A DNA stretch of 63,997 nucleotides, the filler included, from Basidiobolus ranarum (lineage: Eukaryota), in NCBI GenBank assembly GCA_040143965.1. It is 11 parts of 11 records of this genome, joined end to end, with 100 filler letters (N's around TTAATTAATTAA, not from the genome) between each part and the next. Parts side by side here need not be neighbours in the genome. Positions count along the whole stretch, not along the records: positions 1 to 5,802 come from JASJQH010008370.1; positions 5,903 to 11,700 come from JASJQH010008371.1; 9 more parts are not named here. One strand, written 5' to 3'. The position numbers and the translations under genes are program-made. The first letter of the stretch is position 1. Every line of letters begins with the position of its first letter. Shown here piece by piece: positions 1-11,700 of this stretch. A model generated the notes under the pieces. The model saw nothing but the letters and a program-made list of their open reading frames with translations. It ran no database searches and was not told the DNA's origin.

Positions 1-1150
1 TGGCTCCTTTTCGCTACATCCGTGAATGGTTTATATGCTGAGTATTGGGGATATGTGCTAGTTGAGATCAGGTTTAGAAGAAACTACTCATATCCAGAGT
101 ATAACGAGGTATCCAATACAAGGGCTCCAGTAGTGGCGAGTATGGAGAGACTAATCAGCGCCAGATCCAAAGAGTGTGTAGAGCTGCGCTCAACGATAGG
201 CCCATGGGCCGGTTATGTTAGGAACTCATCTGTAAATTGCAAGTTGATAACTTTGGCACTAATTCTGTCTTGTACCCTCCATGCAGTTGGCTGATCTAAG
301 CCACAGAAACCCGGGTCTACCCAACACCGTTTTGGATTGTATGCGCTTGGGTGTCACATCATAAAGAAAAGTTAGACCACGTTTGGTTTGGATGCATATA
401 GAGATCTGAGCACTACTTGCATCAGTATGAAATATTATAGTAGAGCTGATTCTGTCTCTTGAATCGGCTCCTTACTCTGCTTCTACCAATAGGCTGTGTC
501 ATTGGTTGCTCTGGGATTTGTTCTTGATACCCGGAAGATGACCTGCCTTATGCTCTATTAACCGAGTAGAGTCCTGTATTAGGATTTTCCTACATATGCT
601 AATAAAAGTATGACCGTTTCGGGAAGCATTTGGATGTCGATATCTGAGGATAGGTCTTTCATTCCAAGCTAAGCGGCGAAGATCAGACGCTGGCGCCAGT
701 CTCAAAAGTGGGTTACAAATTTGTTAAATTTCCGTATTAAGAAGTGTTGTGTTCCTTTGTTCTGCAGTAAGTACATCGCTTGGAATTATGTTGATATTGG
801 ATTGTTCATTAGACTGCCTCATCTATAAAGAGGTTGGTTAGATGGTGCAGTATATGATCATGTTTGACAAGATGTGCAACGAGTACTACAATATTTGGAA
901 TTGCTCACCATCAGCTTTAACCAGTATATTAGAGAGAGATGAGAGGAATTATCCAATGCTCATCAGTCTCGTAAGGATCCGGACTTGAGTTGAATATGGA
1001 TCTTCATTCGTGTGAGTGCATGCGCCATATATTACAGTTTGGCTGATGATGAGGATATGTTCACTTCTTGCGGCTTGTCTCTGATATATAGCCACTTCCA
1101 CTACCTTCTACATACCATGTTTCATAATAAAGAGCAACGTCGTAGGTGGT
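1..1150 (-). pseudogene. Highly decayed coding remnant, possibly Fanzor1/TnpB-like (WED/RuvC-I region)
   Basis: Minus-strand translation across frameshifts gives IIFHTDASSAQI (~405-440), KTVLG/VDPG (DPG at 309-317) and VINLQFTDEFLT*P. The motif order resembles Fanzor1 'I.TDG.s' then 'G.DPG'. Many stops and frameshifts; a GTGAG...CTAAC...TAG intron-like segment lies at ~823-909. Confidence 0.3.
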
Positions 1151-3885
1151 TTTGATTTTTTGAAATATTTATTCCTACTGCTGATAATCCGAATGGCAAT
1201 CCATCAATATGTAAGACACTTCATATATCTGTTGATCATCATAAAGCCATACATGATTCAGTGTAGCACATAAGTTCTTCTTGTACATTTGGGTATAGTG
1301 GCCTACCATTCTAATCATGTAGAAGGTTTTAATTATAACAATAACTGGGGATAAAATCTCTCAAGAATCTGTGTTGACCCGTGAGAGGAAGGGTCTCAGT
1401 AAACCAGTTGTATACAAGGATAGTATAGGTAGGCCACATAGATATGATCCCTTGCAATGAGTAAATACCATCAAACTCGAGGATTCTGCACTTCAAAGCA
1501 TATCCTATCTTCGGTGGTACAGCGCGCTTATCTCTTGGTGCATGGGGTCATCTTTGAGCATTGATTCTTATATGTCTCTGCCACAATTTAATATTTACCA
1601 GGTACTCTAATTTCGAACAAATCACTTTGGTGATACCCATGTGCCGGATATCACGGAGTTGGAGTAATTAAATACTTGTTCACCTAGAAACCGATATGTT
1701 GTTACTACCCAGTTGTATTTTCATACTCATTACTAAGACTATTTGAAGGAATAGTAGATCTTGTGTACATGGATTTAATCGCAGTTTAATAACCTCATGA
1801 GATAGAAATAGACTGTATTCTTTGTCTTATTTGGTTTTGATGTTGAGATAAATCTATGATCATTGCTCCATTGTCAATAAGCATAGTCATGATCACTACT
1901 AGCGGAGGTCTCGTTTTCACCAGATTGCACAGATTTTAGCCCAACATGACTTAGCATTTAAATTTTGGTCTACACTGTTGTTGCACGTTACTGGGTTGGA
2001 ATTATCCAATATGTCTTTCTATGCTATCGTAGCTGAGCAGAATGTATATTTATATAGTCTTTGATTTAACTATAGAAATCAGCTAAACCCAGCTTTAAAG
2101 TGAATGTGAATTTGTCTGCAATATGTACTCCATTCAAAGGAAAACTAGAGGATCCAAGTGGGTGAAATGCTTTATAATATTTACCAGGTGACACCAGTGA
2201 GATGGTCTGCAAGTATATTTTTCATATTTGTGTGGGTATTTGAAAGTGAGATATTGATACTTGGTTAAAAGTTTAACAATAGTCGATGCTGATTTCTGTC
2301 ATAGATTATCTATGTAAAAAATGCGTACGCCAACTGTATTATATTCAAGTTACCCTTGGGAAATCTATGTATTATCAGAAGAGTTACTGGGTAATGTTTA
2401 TGTTGTCATGTGCTGCTAACTTACTATAAGCCAATCATTGACACTTGCTCCATAAATGCATCAAGACTATTTGAGTATTGTATTTGGTCTATCACAATGC
2501 CAGCAAGGCATCGTTTCTAAAACCTTTTGTTTTTAATACCACTTTCAGAATAGCAAGTCAATAATGAAATCCAAGCTTTGATATGTAAGCAATTCAACCC
2601 AATGAGAGCTATGTGTCTAGTAATTATTATGCATCGTACTTGTTGACCATTCAACATCAGGTGTGCAAGAAAAACAATGAATGTGCAACACTATTGGTCA
2701 TCATTCAAAATGCAATAGCTCATATATTAAGAGTGCAACACAACAGAGACTACTAACTCAGTGCGCACTAGCGAAATTTGTGGTGAGGCTTGGTATACCA
2801 ATAGCTTCACATGTAAATATAGGATTGACTATCAAAGAATCGTTCTTAACTATTAAAATCTCTGGTTGTTAATGGCAACATAATTGACATACAATAAATA
2901 GTTACATGGTCCTAATGCACACAATGCACAGCATCAGGCAATAGCAATGGAGAATGTCTGGTGATATACTAGATTGAACTAAGAATTCAATGCATACTAT
3001 CCTCTGCTTTACACTCTGCATTGAGACTAGGCCAAGACTGTATCGTTCATTGCATACCCGACCACTGAAACAGTATATACAAATACTAATATTCTCTAAT
3101 CATGATTTAGCACAGTGACTGGAGGAGTCCTTGGTCCAAGGAGTACATTAATAGCTATACTTATCCACCTTCTCCCCAATCACCTAGAGGCTATAAGCGG
3201 AGCAGATGAGCCTTGTGACCAGACAGCTCATGCAGAGGTGAGTAAACATTGAACATACGATGGGAATAGAAAATATTGAGAATTGAGGATCTCCATCTGC
3301 GTAAGTTCCTAAAGGGTCGCATGTTGCGAATACGATGTTTCCGAGTACTCCAAGAATTGATCCCATATTCAACTCCTCACAAACATCATCACCATACCAT
3401 AAACTGTAAAAGTGAACTTAGGGCTTTTTAATGCCACCGAATTTACATAATGGGGGCTAGAAGAGAACGTCCAATGTGATTCACTTGGATTCCTACACTG
3501 AGCCTCACCACGTAATGACACATGATAAAAGTATCAAACAGAGAAACATATATTTCGTAATATTTTGCAAGAACTTAAAACGATGGTTTTAGATTGGTTA
3601 TGCTTATTTTGGTCATCGGGGTTCAGTATTTTCCTTCAAAGCGCACGGCATAAATGGAATATGTTGGAAAGCGGTACAACATTCGAGGACACAGGCGTAT
3701 TAGGTTTTTAAGAATTGGGTTTACTCGGCTGGAAGGAATACCCGATCGAGGATTACAATTATATTCTGCAACTGGATGAGTTTTCATCGCAAATTATCAA
3801 CATACTCACAGATATAAAGGAATCCAGTATCCTCTCATTGAATACGTAAACTATGTTCTAAATTCAAGAAATTCTTTCTTTGATC

Positions 3886-4652
3886 ATGTCTCCTCAAAGC
3901 AATCATTTCTTCAATAGCTCCCTAAAGTCTTGTACAAAACCACCCACTGAATCCCTGATAGGTAAAAGTCATGTTACCTTCGGGTGAGTCTTCTGAACTG
4001 CTACTAATACTTGTTGATAGATATTACAGTAGAGATCATTCAATATATCTGGCCTGAAGAACTGTTGGATCGTAAATCAATTCCACTTCGAGTATTTGCT
4101 GAAGAGATCTTGCGGCGGTCAGGAGCATCGTTTTCAATTCTGTTCGTCACGCTGATTTATCTATTTCGATTCAAGAGCTCTTTGACAATTTTAAACAGTG
4201 CCGAATCTAATGGGAACTCTCCTCGATGTGAGGCCTGCAGGTCAGGACGTAGAATGTTTATTGCTGCAATGATTGTTGCGTCCAAGTACCTTGAGGATCA
4301 AAACATTCCTAATACACGATGGTCACTTACCACTGGACTGGGCATTCAAGAAATCAACCATAATGAAAGAGTATTCTTGAATCATCTAGGCTATCAGTTA
4401 TATTTAGCTCCGTCATTATTCACTTGGTGGATAACGCTTCTCTTGGCCAATGCAGATGGTGATATTATACTCTCATTCAATCAAAAAATAAGCAAGAAAG
4501 CACGTTCTGGCACACCACCTGATCAAACTACTGTAATAAGGACCCCGTTAAGAACAGGTAAACAAAATATCAGAGACCAAATGAGATTTAACAACAATCT
4601 TCACTATCTACCATATCGCCATCCAAAGGCTCGGTCCTCTGTGCAGTCATAA
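3886..4652 (+). CDS. Pho85-type (PCL/Clg1-like) cyclin, 2 exons
   Basis: ATG at 3886; intron 3962-4020 (GTAAAA...CTAAT...TAG) joins in frame to ORF 4011-4652. Cyclin-box motifs EILRRS and RRMFIAAMIVASKYLED.N..W, plus INHNERVFLNHLGYQL. Confidence 0.85.
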
Positions 4653-5512
4653 CCTTGTATTCAATATATATGTTGAAATATCACCTCCGTATATGGGGAT
4701 TAACCAAGTTCTATCTGGCTTGAACAAGGCTCACTACTTGTCCTGGCTTCTGCCTCTTCGACCTGATGTAAAAACACTATATATAACCACCAAATAGTTG
4801 ATCTTTACTAGCAAGAGTTTGTACATAATACTAAGCAACCTTTAATGCTTACTGTTTCGTATAGTAAAGCTAAAGCCAAATGTAGTATACATACAAGTGT
4901 TGGAGCACTTTTTCAAGTGGGAAAATGGACCTTTTCTAAATAAAAGCTCCTTTATAAAATAAGGCATTAAAACTTTATTTCCCACCTGGTCATGGCCTTG
5001 TGTCACCCGGAATAAACTAAATATGGTAAATAAATTGAATTGTAAAAAAAATATTAATAAATTGAAACCAATTCATGTTGCACCAGGTCAATTTGATCTT
5101 CCGTTATCCGAGAATTCCGGATCTTCATTTGATTCTCCTTATTCTATTTACCATTTGCAATATATCACTTTCAACTATCTAGATTGGTATGTACCTGTTT
5201 GGGAAGTTGCCGCATTTTGATGACAATTCCATATTCTAATTTGGTTAATTTTAATCAATTACACGTGCAATGAAATTTATACCTGGACTTGGAAATCATT
5301 CTTGGTATCGATTAGTTTATTATCGAAGTATCATTCTCTGTAATTAAATCAACAAGAACAAAACAATTTACATTAAAAATTGAGGGTGTGGGTCAGACAG
5401 AGAGAGAAGGGAGAGGGTAGTAGTTGACACTAAAGTATTAAGAAATTTGCTTGTTAATTATCGCTCAAGCTGAGAGGGTATGGGTGCTTGTTGAACAAAT
5501 TGGGATTTCAAT

Positions 5513-5713
5513 TCAAAAAATGAATGTTCTGCTTCGAATTGGACTGGGGCGTTGTTCGCTACAAAAGTGTGGATTGTTGATACCAAATACCACGTGTGAA
5601 CATGGTCTTTGGTAATCGAGCCTGGGATAGTATTTCTTGGCGGTAAAATTGGATCTGAAACCCTTTATGAAACTCAAGTAATTGGTGGAGTCAGCTTTCC
5701 TTGTCCACACATC
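5513..5713 (-). CDS. Possible terminal exon of an unidentified gene truncated by the contig end
   Basis: ORF 5513-5710 is directly preceded on the minus strand by a branch point and acceptor (CTAATACCTAG). No recognisable domain. Confidence 0.25.
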   Translation of the reverse strand, partial: DVWTRKADSTNYLSFIKGFRSNFTAKKYYPRLDYQRPCSHVVFGINNPHFCSEQRPSPIRSRTFIF

Positions 5714-5802
5714 TAGGTATTAGCAAGACCAGGAGGCGGGCCTGTTAACCCTTGCCCGAATTATCTCATCGATCCTTAGAGGGAACATCTATTCAATTAC
5801 AG

Positions 5803-5902
5803 NNNNNNNNNNNNNNNNNNNNNNNNNNNNNNNNNNNNNNNNNNNNTTAATTAATTAANNNNNNNNNNNNNNNNNNNNNNNNNNNNNNNNNNNNNNNNNN
5901 NN
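5803..5902. other. Artificial 100-bp contig spacer; also at 11701-11800, 17593-17692, 23481-23580, 29368-29467, 35252-35351, 41129-41228, 47002-47101, 52874-52973, 58745-58844
   Basis: N44-TTAATTAATTAA-N44 (stops in all frames). Contig lengths between spacers fall monotonically: 5798, 5792, 5788, 5787, 5784, 5777, 5773, 5772, 5771. Confidence 0.99.
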
Positions 5903-6003
5903 GGAAGTTTATCCAACACCTGGCACCTCTCAACAAGCCAAAACACTAGCAAATAGAACTCACAGCTCTCCAACCTCAACTGGTACTTTTCAAAGTGTTG
6001 AAA

Positions 6004-6390
6004 TTAGCCCCAAGCTTAAAGGCAGGCAAAAAGCCACACAAACACTGCAAAGCACCCTCAGTAGTGTTGCAATACAAGGATGTACAAAAATAGTCAAAGT
6101 GCTTGAGGAGTATTTCCAAAAGTATGAGGGGAAAAATGCAGCACAAGTATGCAGAGAGTGGCTTCAGAAGAAAAACATTCAACTTGACATTCAGTCTGGT
6201 GTTGACTGTGCAGATATCTGGGAAGAACTTAATACAGAGTAGCACAATATTGCAGGGTATCCGCCAGATAGCTGGAAGAATGTTGATTCACCAACATTAA
6301 TACAATGGTGAGCTTTGATGGAGATATTGATACTAACTTGTGTTGGGTATGAGCTAAACATTGGGTATGAAGAACTCTATAAAAATACTC
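6004..6390 (+). repeat. Degenerate coding repeat of unknown TE family; homologous copy at ~52490-52873 (-)
   Basis: Alignable by eye, e.g. ttagccccaagcttaaaggcaggcaaaaagc vs ttagccctaaacttaaaggcaagcaaaaagc, and attcaacttgacattcagtctggtgttga vs attcaacttcatattcaatctggtattga. CpG-depleted. Confidence 0.6.
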
Positions 6391-6559
6391 AGGAGAATAT
6401 ATCAAAGAGACTAGGGATCTCAAAGGTGGTAAATTAGCATTCAAGTGGTAAATGGGTAAAATTTGGGTTATGTTTTTTGCACATGCATTGAACCATAGTT
6501 TGCTGAGATTGTAGCCAATCATGTGCAACCATTTTGCAAGATCTTGAAATTTCACTCAT

Positions 6560-7470
6560 GAAACTGAAAAAATTGATTAAAATCAAATCTAATTTAACAA
6601 TTTTATGAAGGTAACTAAACAATCAATCACAAATGGATTAAAATTGTGATGGTTTTCCTACAATAACAATCCTCAAATTTCTGCTAGGGCACAGACCTGG
6701 TACAAGTGGAAAACACTTTTCAGTCTTATAACTTATAATCATATAGTAATTAAACCATCTTCAAAAGCATAAGATTGTTTGGCTTTCACTGGTGATCTGA
6801 AAAGCCTGAAGTTATGTACTGCTAGCACACAATAGGCAATCACTGAATAAGGTAAATATTGCTTATATTTATCATACATTCCTTTCATTCCCCATCTTAC
6901 AGTTTTGATGAAATCACCCAAAATAGATCTTCAATCCAATACCAAAGTACTCACTATAAAGCTCATGCTTTTACCAATATACCTCAAGGATATCACTACC
7001 AGAATTAGAAAAGTCAAGGTTTCTTTGCAAAAATATATGATCATGCATTTGCATTGGATCTGGATGGTTCCTCACTAAGCAAGTATACCATTAGAAAGGT
7101 GTGTTGGCTGATAATTTTAATTAACTTAAGCATTTCTCCTTTTGAATGGTAGAAGAGTCATAATATTTTGACTCCATCCATCATATGTGGGCATAAATCA
7201 ATAGTGCTTATAGATAGCAACTTGCTGCCTTTGATAGTGGAATTTGAATGGTTGTCTAATGTGGTTTGGCTGTGAGAATATTAGTTTTAAAGCTAATAAC
7301 ATTGTCTGCATTGGTCATACTCCTACATCAGTAAATATGATGTTTTTGTAGGTACAATGCACTATCTTGCTATTGATTTAGTCAAAGCAAAGAAGTGTAC
7401 TTTACCAGGCATAGGCACTACTACTATCCAGCCACAACACTTAACTCCATGATTTTACCATCAAGAGCCT
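6560..7470 (+). mobile_element. CACTA/EnSpm (Transposase_21-type) transposase remnant, N-terminal/core part
   Basis: Translation through stops: FTNIPQGYHYQN*KSQGFFAKIYDHAFALDLDG (~7039-7068)...CWLIILINLSISPFE...DSNLLPLIVEFEWL...RHYYYP (7416-7430), matching the CACTA motif order. Confidence 0.75.
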
Positions 7471-7908
7471 AGTCAGATTTCAACATGATCACTTATATCA
7501 ATTCACCAAATAGTCAGTCAAGCTTCAAACTTGGGTTAGCCATAAGCCTAAGATTATATTGCTAAAGGGGATCCGTTGGAGCCAGAGCTTTCCAATAAGC
7601 ACTTTGTCCGGAAAGTCAGGTGACTTGTGGTACAAGCAGTAATTCCCAAAGAGGAATATATAGAGTATGTGACTGCATCTGAACACAAAGTCTAAGGGCA
7701 ATCAGTTGCTTGTATAGCTGATATGCCAAAGTACCATACATTAACAGACTTCATTAAGGCTCCCTAGCAATATATGCATAGCATACAAGGACTGGTAGCT
7801 CAGTGGTAAGAGCACCTTGCTAGAGTGAAGGAGGTCCCCAGTTCAAATCCTGGCCAGACCAATATTTCTCCCTAAATAATTTCAATACTTTGCACTTACT
7901 ATTCAACA
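7470..7908 (+). mobile_element. 3' end of a Ty1/copia-like element: RNase H tail, polypurine tract and 335-bp LTR (7574-7908)
   Basis: Degenerate NMI..I/FTK...FKLGL at ~7478-7538; PPT-like TAAAGGGG at 7563-7570; termini CGTTGGA...TTCAACA. The CACTA frame resumes immediately after 7908. Confidence 0.6.
7789..7861 (+). tRNA. tRNA-like 73-nt cassette (probably a pseudo-tRNA or Pol III promoter module) inside the LTR
   Basis: Canonical spacing: acceptor GGACTGG/CCAGACC (1 mismatch), D-stem GCTC/GAGC, anticodon stem CCTTG/GAAGG with loop CTAGAGT, T-loop TTCAAAT, discriminator A. A-box TAGCTCAGTGG and B-box GTTCAAATCC are intact; the T-stem has 2 mismatches. Confidence 0.75.
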
Positions 7909-8438
7909 ATATTCAAATACTACTTACTCAGCTATATGGTGGATAGTTCAGCCTAATGAGTCATTTGAGATAGGATCAAATTTTGAATTAATTGTAAAAG
8001 TGCATCAAATGTCAAGATACCATCATATTTTACAAAAACCCCATCAACATTAACTTATCTAGGTGTTTATTCAAATGCAAAGACTGGAAATATTGGATTT
8101 GCATATATTCAAGTTGAATCTTGAAAAGACTTCTGCCTGATAAGTATAGACAACATTGGGAGTTATTTGTAGATATTGTTAATATATTCTTATGGCATCA
8201 ACTCACATTGTCAGATCTCAGGCAAAAACAGCAACCATGCAAAGATTTTGTAATTGGATGTTAACAACCTATTACAGTTTTAAAGAAGATTGGCTGAATA
8301 TATGCCAGTATCCAATATATTCCCTGCTGTATCTTTCTCAATGCTTGGCAATCACAGGCCCTTGCTATACATTGTGGGAGTTTCCAATGGAGTGCACCTG
8401 CAGTGATATGATGCTCTGTGTGAAATTGTCAGTAGCAC
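7909..8438 (+). mobile_element. CACTA/EnSpm transposase remnant, C-terminal part
   Basis: FKCKDWKYWICIYSS*ILKRLLPDKYRQHWELFV...TYYSF...SLLYLSQCLAITGPCYTLWEFPME (~8357-8392), corresponding to the H.LLHL..GP..W.FPMER motif. Confidence 0.8.
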
Positions 8439-8665
8439 TGTTGAAATTAGCATTGCCTAAACACCTATTTAGTCATATATAGCTTAGTACTTAGTTTTCT
8501 TGCATTTCACTAAGATAGTATACATTATTCTCAATCAGAATTTACTTAGGATATTTTTACCAACTTCTAAGTTCTCACATATAGATTTTTCAAACTTGTG
8601 CTAGAAGCCCCAATCTTTGCACATATGTTCCTGGGTTCTTCCTTAACACATTCTACATGTTAGAT
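8439..8665 (+). mobile_element. LTR family B, 5' part; other pieces at 35032-35251, 11801-11924 and 41229-41335
   Basis: Starts TGTTGAAATTAGCATTGCC as at 35032. The 3' parts at contig starts end TACTTTAACA and overlap the 35251 end through GACAAAACTAT. Confidence 0.75.
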
Positions 8666-10654
8666 CAAGAAGCCACCATTGTACCATTACAATCCCAGGC
8701 AGAATGCAGGCCACTGATAACGTCACAGGCCTCCAATAGTTTTGAGATACAGAACAGTGGATCTGATCTGGATCAAATAAATTATAATTTTGTTAGGAGG
8801 TTGTCAACACCTTAATTCACAGTAAATTGGCTATCATCTAGCAAGGCTCTGATAATGTGTATAAAGCAAGTTCTATGCTTTTATGATACATACCTTGATG
8901 TCTGAGCTCTTGATAACTCAAAGACTTGCAAAAGAAGGAGCAAGGCTTCTTTGTTCAATGTAGTTCAGCACTAGTATTCATATCTTTGCAATGACAATGA
9001 GAAAAACATCTTCTCCTGAGAGGTGAGTGTTTGGTTGTTTATGAGAGCATGATCCACTATCAAAGACTGTTTTATGTTTGTACCACCTCTGTGCCAATAA
9101 GCACCTAAGAATTTGAATTCTTTATTAATATAATGTGTTTGAATTAGAGAGTACTAATGGATTTTGGAGCTGGTATAAAGTAAATAGACAAAAGATTGCT
9201 AACCAGAAACCAACAGCATCAGTACCAACATCAATAACTAACACTGCAGCAAAATCAGTTTTTATGCCACCTTTTGGTAAGGCCAAAGGCAAGGAAAAGA
9301 GGATACTTCATACTGCTACTGGAAGTGTAGCTGATACACTGCCAAACAGAGCCAGATTGCAAGAACTCACTCAAAGAAGCCATAGATCATAATATTGCCA
9401 GAGATAGCATTGTTTGCTAAAAAAGCTGCCAACAGCTAGGGCCAGAAGTCACATCATCAACAACAAACCATTGTTGTATTGCTTATTGTGGGTTTCCCAA
9501 AGCCAATGGTTACTGAGCAACCTTTGGTATTTTGTGAAGCATATAAACAATATGTAAGGGTATAAAGAGGACAGAACAATGGAGCCACCAGTGCATATAG
9601 GTCCTTAGCATATAGAGTCAGGAAGCCAAAATACTATTGCCAAGAAGCATGCTGTTGGAGCTAGCCCACATACCCCAAGAACACAGCAAAGAAAACAGTA
9701 CCATACATCTCAGTATAAAAAGAAAACCTAACCCTACCAGGCAGCCAAACAAAAAACACAAGCTAAGTTACAGTTGCCATTCACCAGAATGCACTGTTAC
9801 TTTTTGTAAAGTGTTGATACTAACATCTCTGCTGATAAATGGAATGTAACCACCAGCAAGGCAAGAGCAAGCATTAACGGTGCCAGCTTCAAAAACAGCA
9901 TCATATATTCTGAAGCTATCAAAGAGTAAGGCAATTTTATGGTAGGTCAGCAAGCAGAAACAGCTTGTTTTGCTTTTTTACAGAAACTAGCTAGACTTGC
10001 ACCAAGTATAGTAATTGAAGAGAACTTTCAGGAGAAACTGAACCAACAGCAGCAAATTAATACTGGATTCCCTCCACTCTGAACAAAAAGCTTCATAGGA
10101 GTATGTTAATTGAATTGTACTCTTTACAATCTCCAGAATTTGAACTTTGTAAGCAACTCATAGCATTTAATTGCAGATATCTGTTGATAAATGCCACAAT
10201 TAGCTTTTTCAAATATTCTGTTATTGGCTTTCTTTTGTTCAAAGTGCTAATATCAACATTGTGAAAAGCCCTCTTAAAGATTTGAAGCTGTGGATTTGAG
10301 TTTCATGTATATCAAATCATTAAGATATCAAAGGTGTGCTTCTTTTGATGGTAAAGTGTAACAATATTCAACCATATATCATCTGTGCAGGTGACAGCAG
10401 ATTGATACTGTATATCTTTTTGTTTGCTGGTTTCCTTATTAGATATCTACTCTGATGCACCCAGATGTTTTCTTGTCACTGTATAGGCTTGAATGTTACA
10501 CTTCTGTTCTGCTCTTTGATATTGTTGCAGTAACATTTATATGTGTAGCATGGGATATACTGAAATCTGGTATTGTAATTCAAAAGTGGAGCAGCTGGTT
10601 GCTTCAGCAAAAGGACACCATCCTAGAGATCCAAGATTGTTGTTGACCAATCAT

Positions 10655-11700
10655 TGAAAGAAGTGTTTTGGGGATACAAAATTGTTTAGGACAAGATTTG
10701 GATTTGTGAATTAGACACTTAAGTTATGTTGAATTCAACATGTCTTATTTATAGTTTGCTATGAAATAAAGCTATTGGATGTGCCTAGATCATAACAAAC
10801 CTGCCTGTAAAGCATAGGTGGAAATATGAGATGATTTGGAGAAGTTTTTAGAAAATAGTGAAAATTGGTAAAATTGATCTAATTGATATTTCTATCAAAT
10901 AGAGCAACAAGCACATGTTTTTGAATAGCAGAATTGAGTGCTAAATTATCAGAATATCAATGAACTAACTAGTTAATAAAAAGTTGCTATTAACCTAATT
11001 TCAACAGTCACACTCAACTAATCACTTTGCATTCCTCCTAAACCTAACTTATATCTTAGTAACTGATATTATTCTTTATCTAAAGGTTTGGCTGGGATGT
11101 TAGCAATCATTTCTTCAGTATGGCTATAGACAAGTTCAGGCATATCATTCTCTGTAGCTTCTGTAACAAAATGATGCCTAATATCTGTATGTTTTGTTCT
11201 ATTATGAAATTTAAGCTTTTTTAGCTAAAAGCATAGCACTTCAATTTCTTCAGACACAGTAATAGCATGTTTGTGGGTTAAACCTAAGTCTCTATATAAC
11301 TTCCTTAGCCACCTTGCATCTTGTGTGTTAGTAGAGGCAGCCATATACTCTGCTTCTGTAGTCAAATGTGCTATGGTTGGTTGCTTCTTACCATTCCAAG
11401 TCATGGCTCCATTGCCATGAAGATGAGTGTATACAGTTGTTGCTCAACTCTCATTAAGGTTTGATCCCCAGTTGGCATCACTGTGGCCTTCAAATTTTTT
11501 ATATCAGAGGTGCTAGAGTACTCCAGAACTTGTTATACAGTTCCTCTCAAATAGCCCAATATTTGTTTTACTGTAGTTTTATGCTCAGTTCATGGGGCTT
11601 TGAGGTATTCATTGCCAGTTCCCATTGTTACAACAATGTCTGAAGGCATTCCAACCATTGTATTTTTCTAACTACCCACCATGGATTGATCAGGGAACTC
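10655..11700 (-). mobile_element. Ty1/copia 3' end: RNase H remnant plus 3' LTR family A (10655-11006, 352 bp)
   Basis: Minus strand gives TEAEYMAA, RTKHTDIRHHFV and EEMIANIPAKPL...RYKLGL. The LTR begins TGTTGAAATTAGG and aligns with the 47301-47652 LTR. Confidence 0.9.

Noticed and set aside
5847-5858. Regularly spaced TTAATTAATTAA palindromes every ~5.9 kb
   Set aside because: They are artificial linkers within N spacers, not biological repeats or a CRISPR array.
6690-6720. Apparent Walker-A-like GHRPGTSGKH, plus hAT-like CLAH (~6355) and Harbinger-like VHDCRFF (~24570) words
   Set aside because: They lie in frames other than the one supported by wobble-position divergence between copies and by the CACTA motifs.
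7789-7861. Functional tRNA-Ser(AGA) gene
   Set aside because: It has no long variable arm, has mismatches in three stems, lacks an oligo-T terminator and lies inside an LTR; kept as tRNA-like only.
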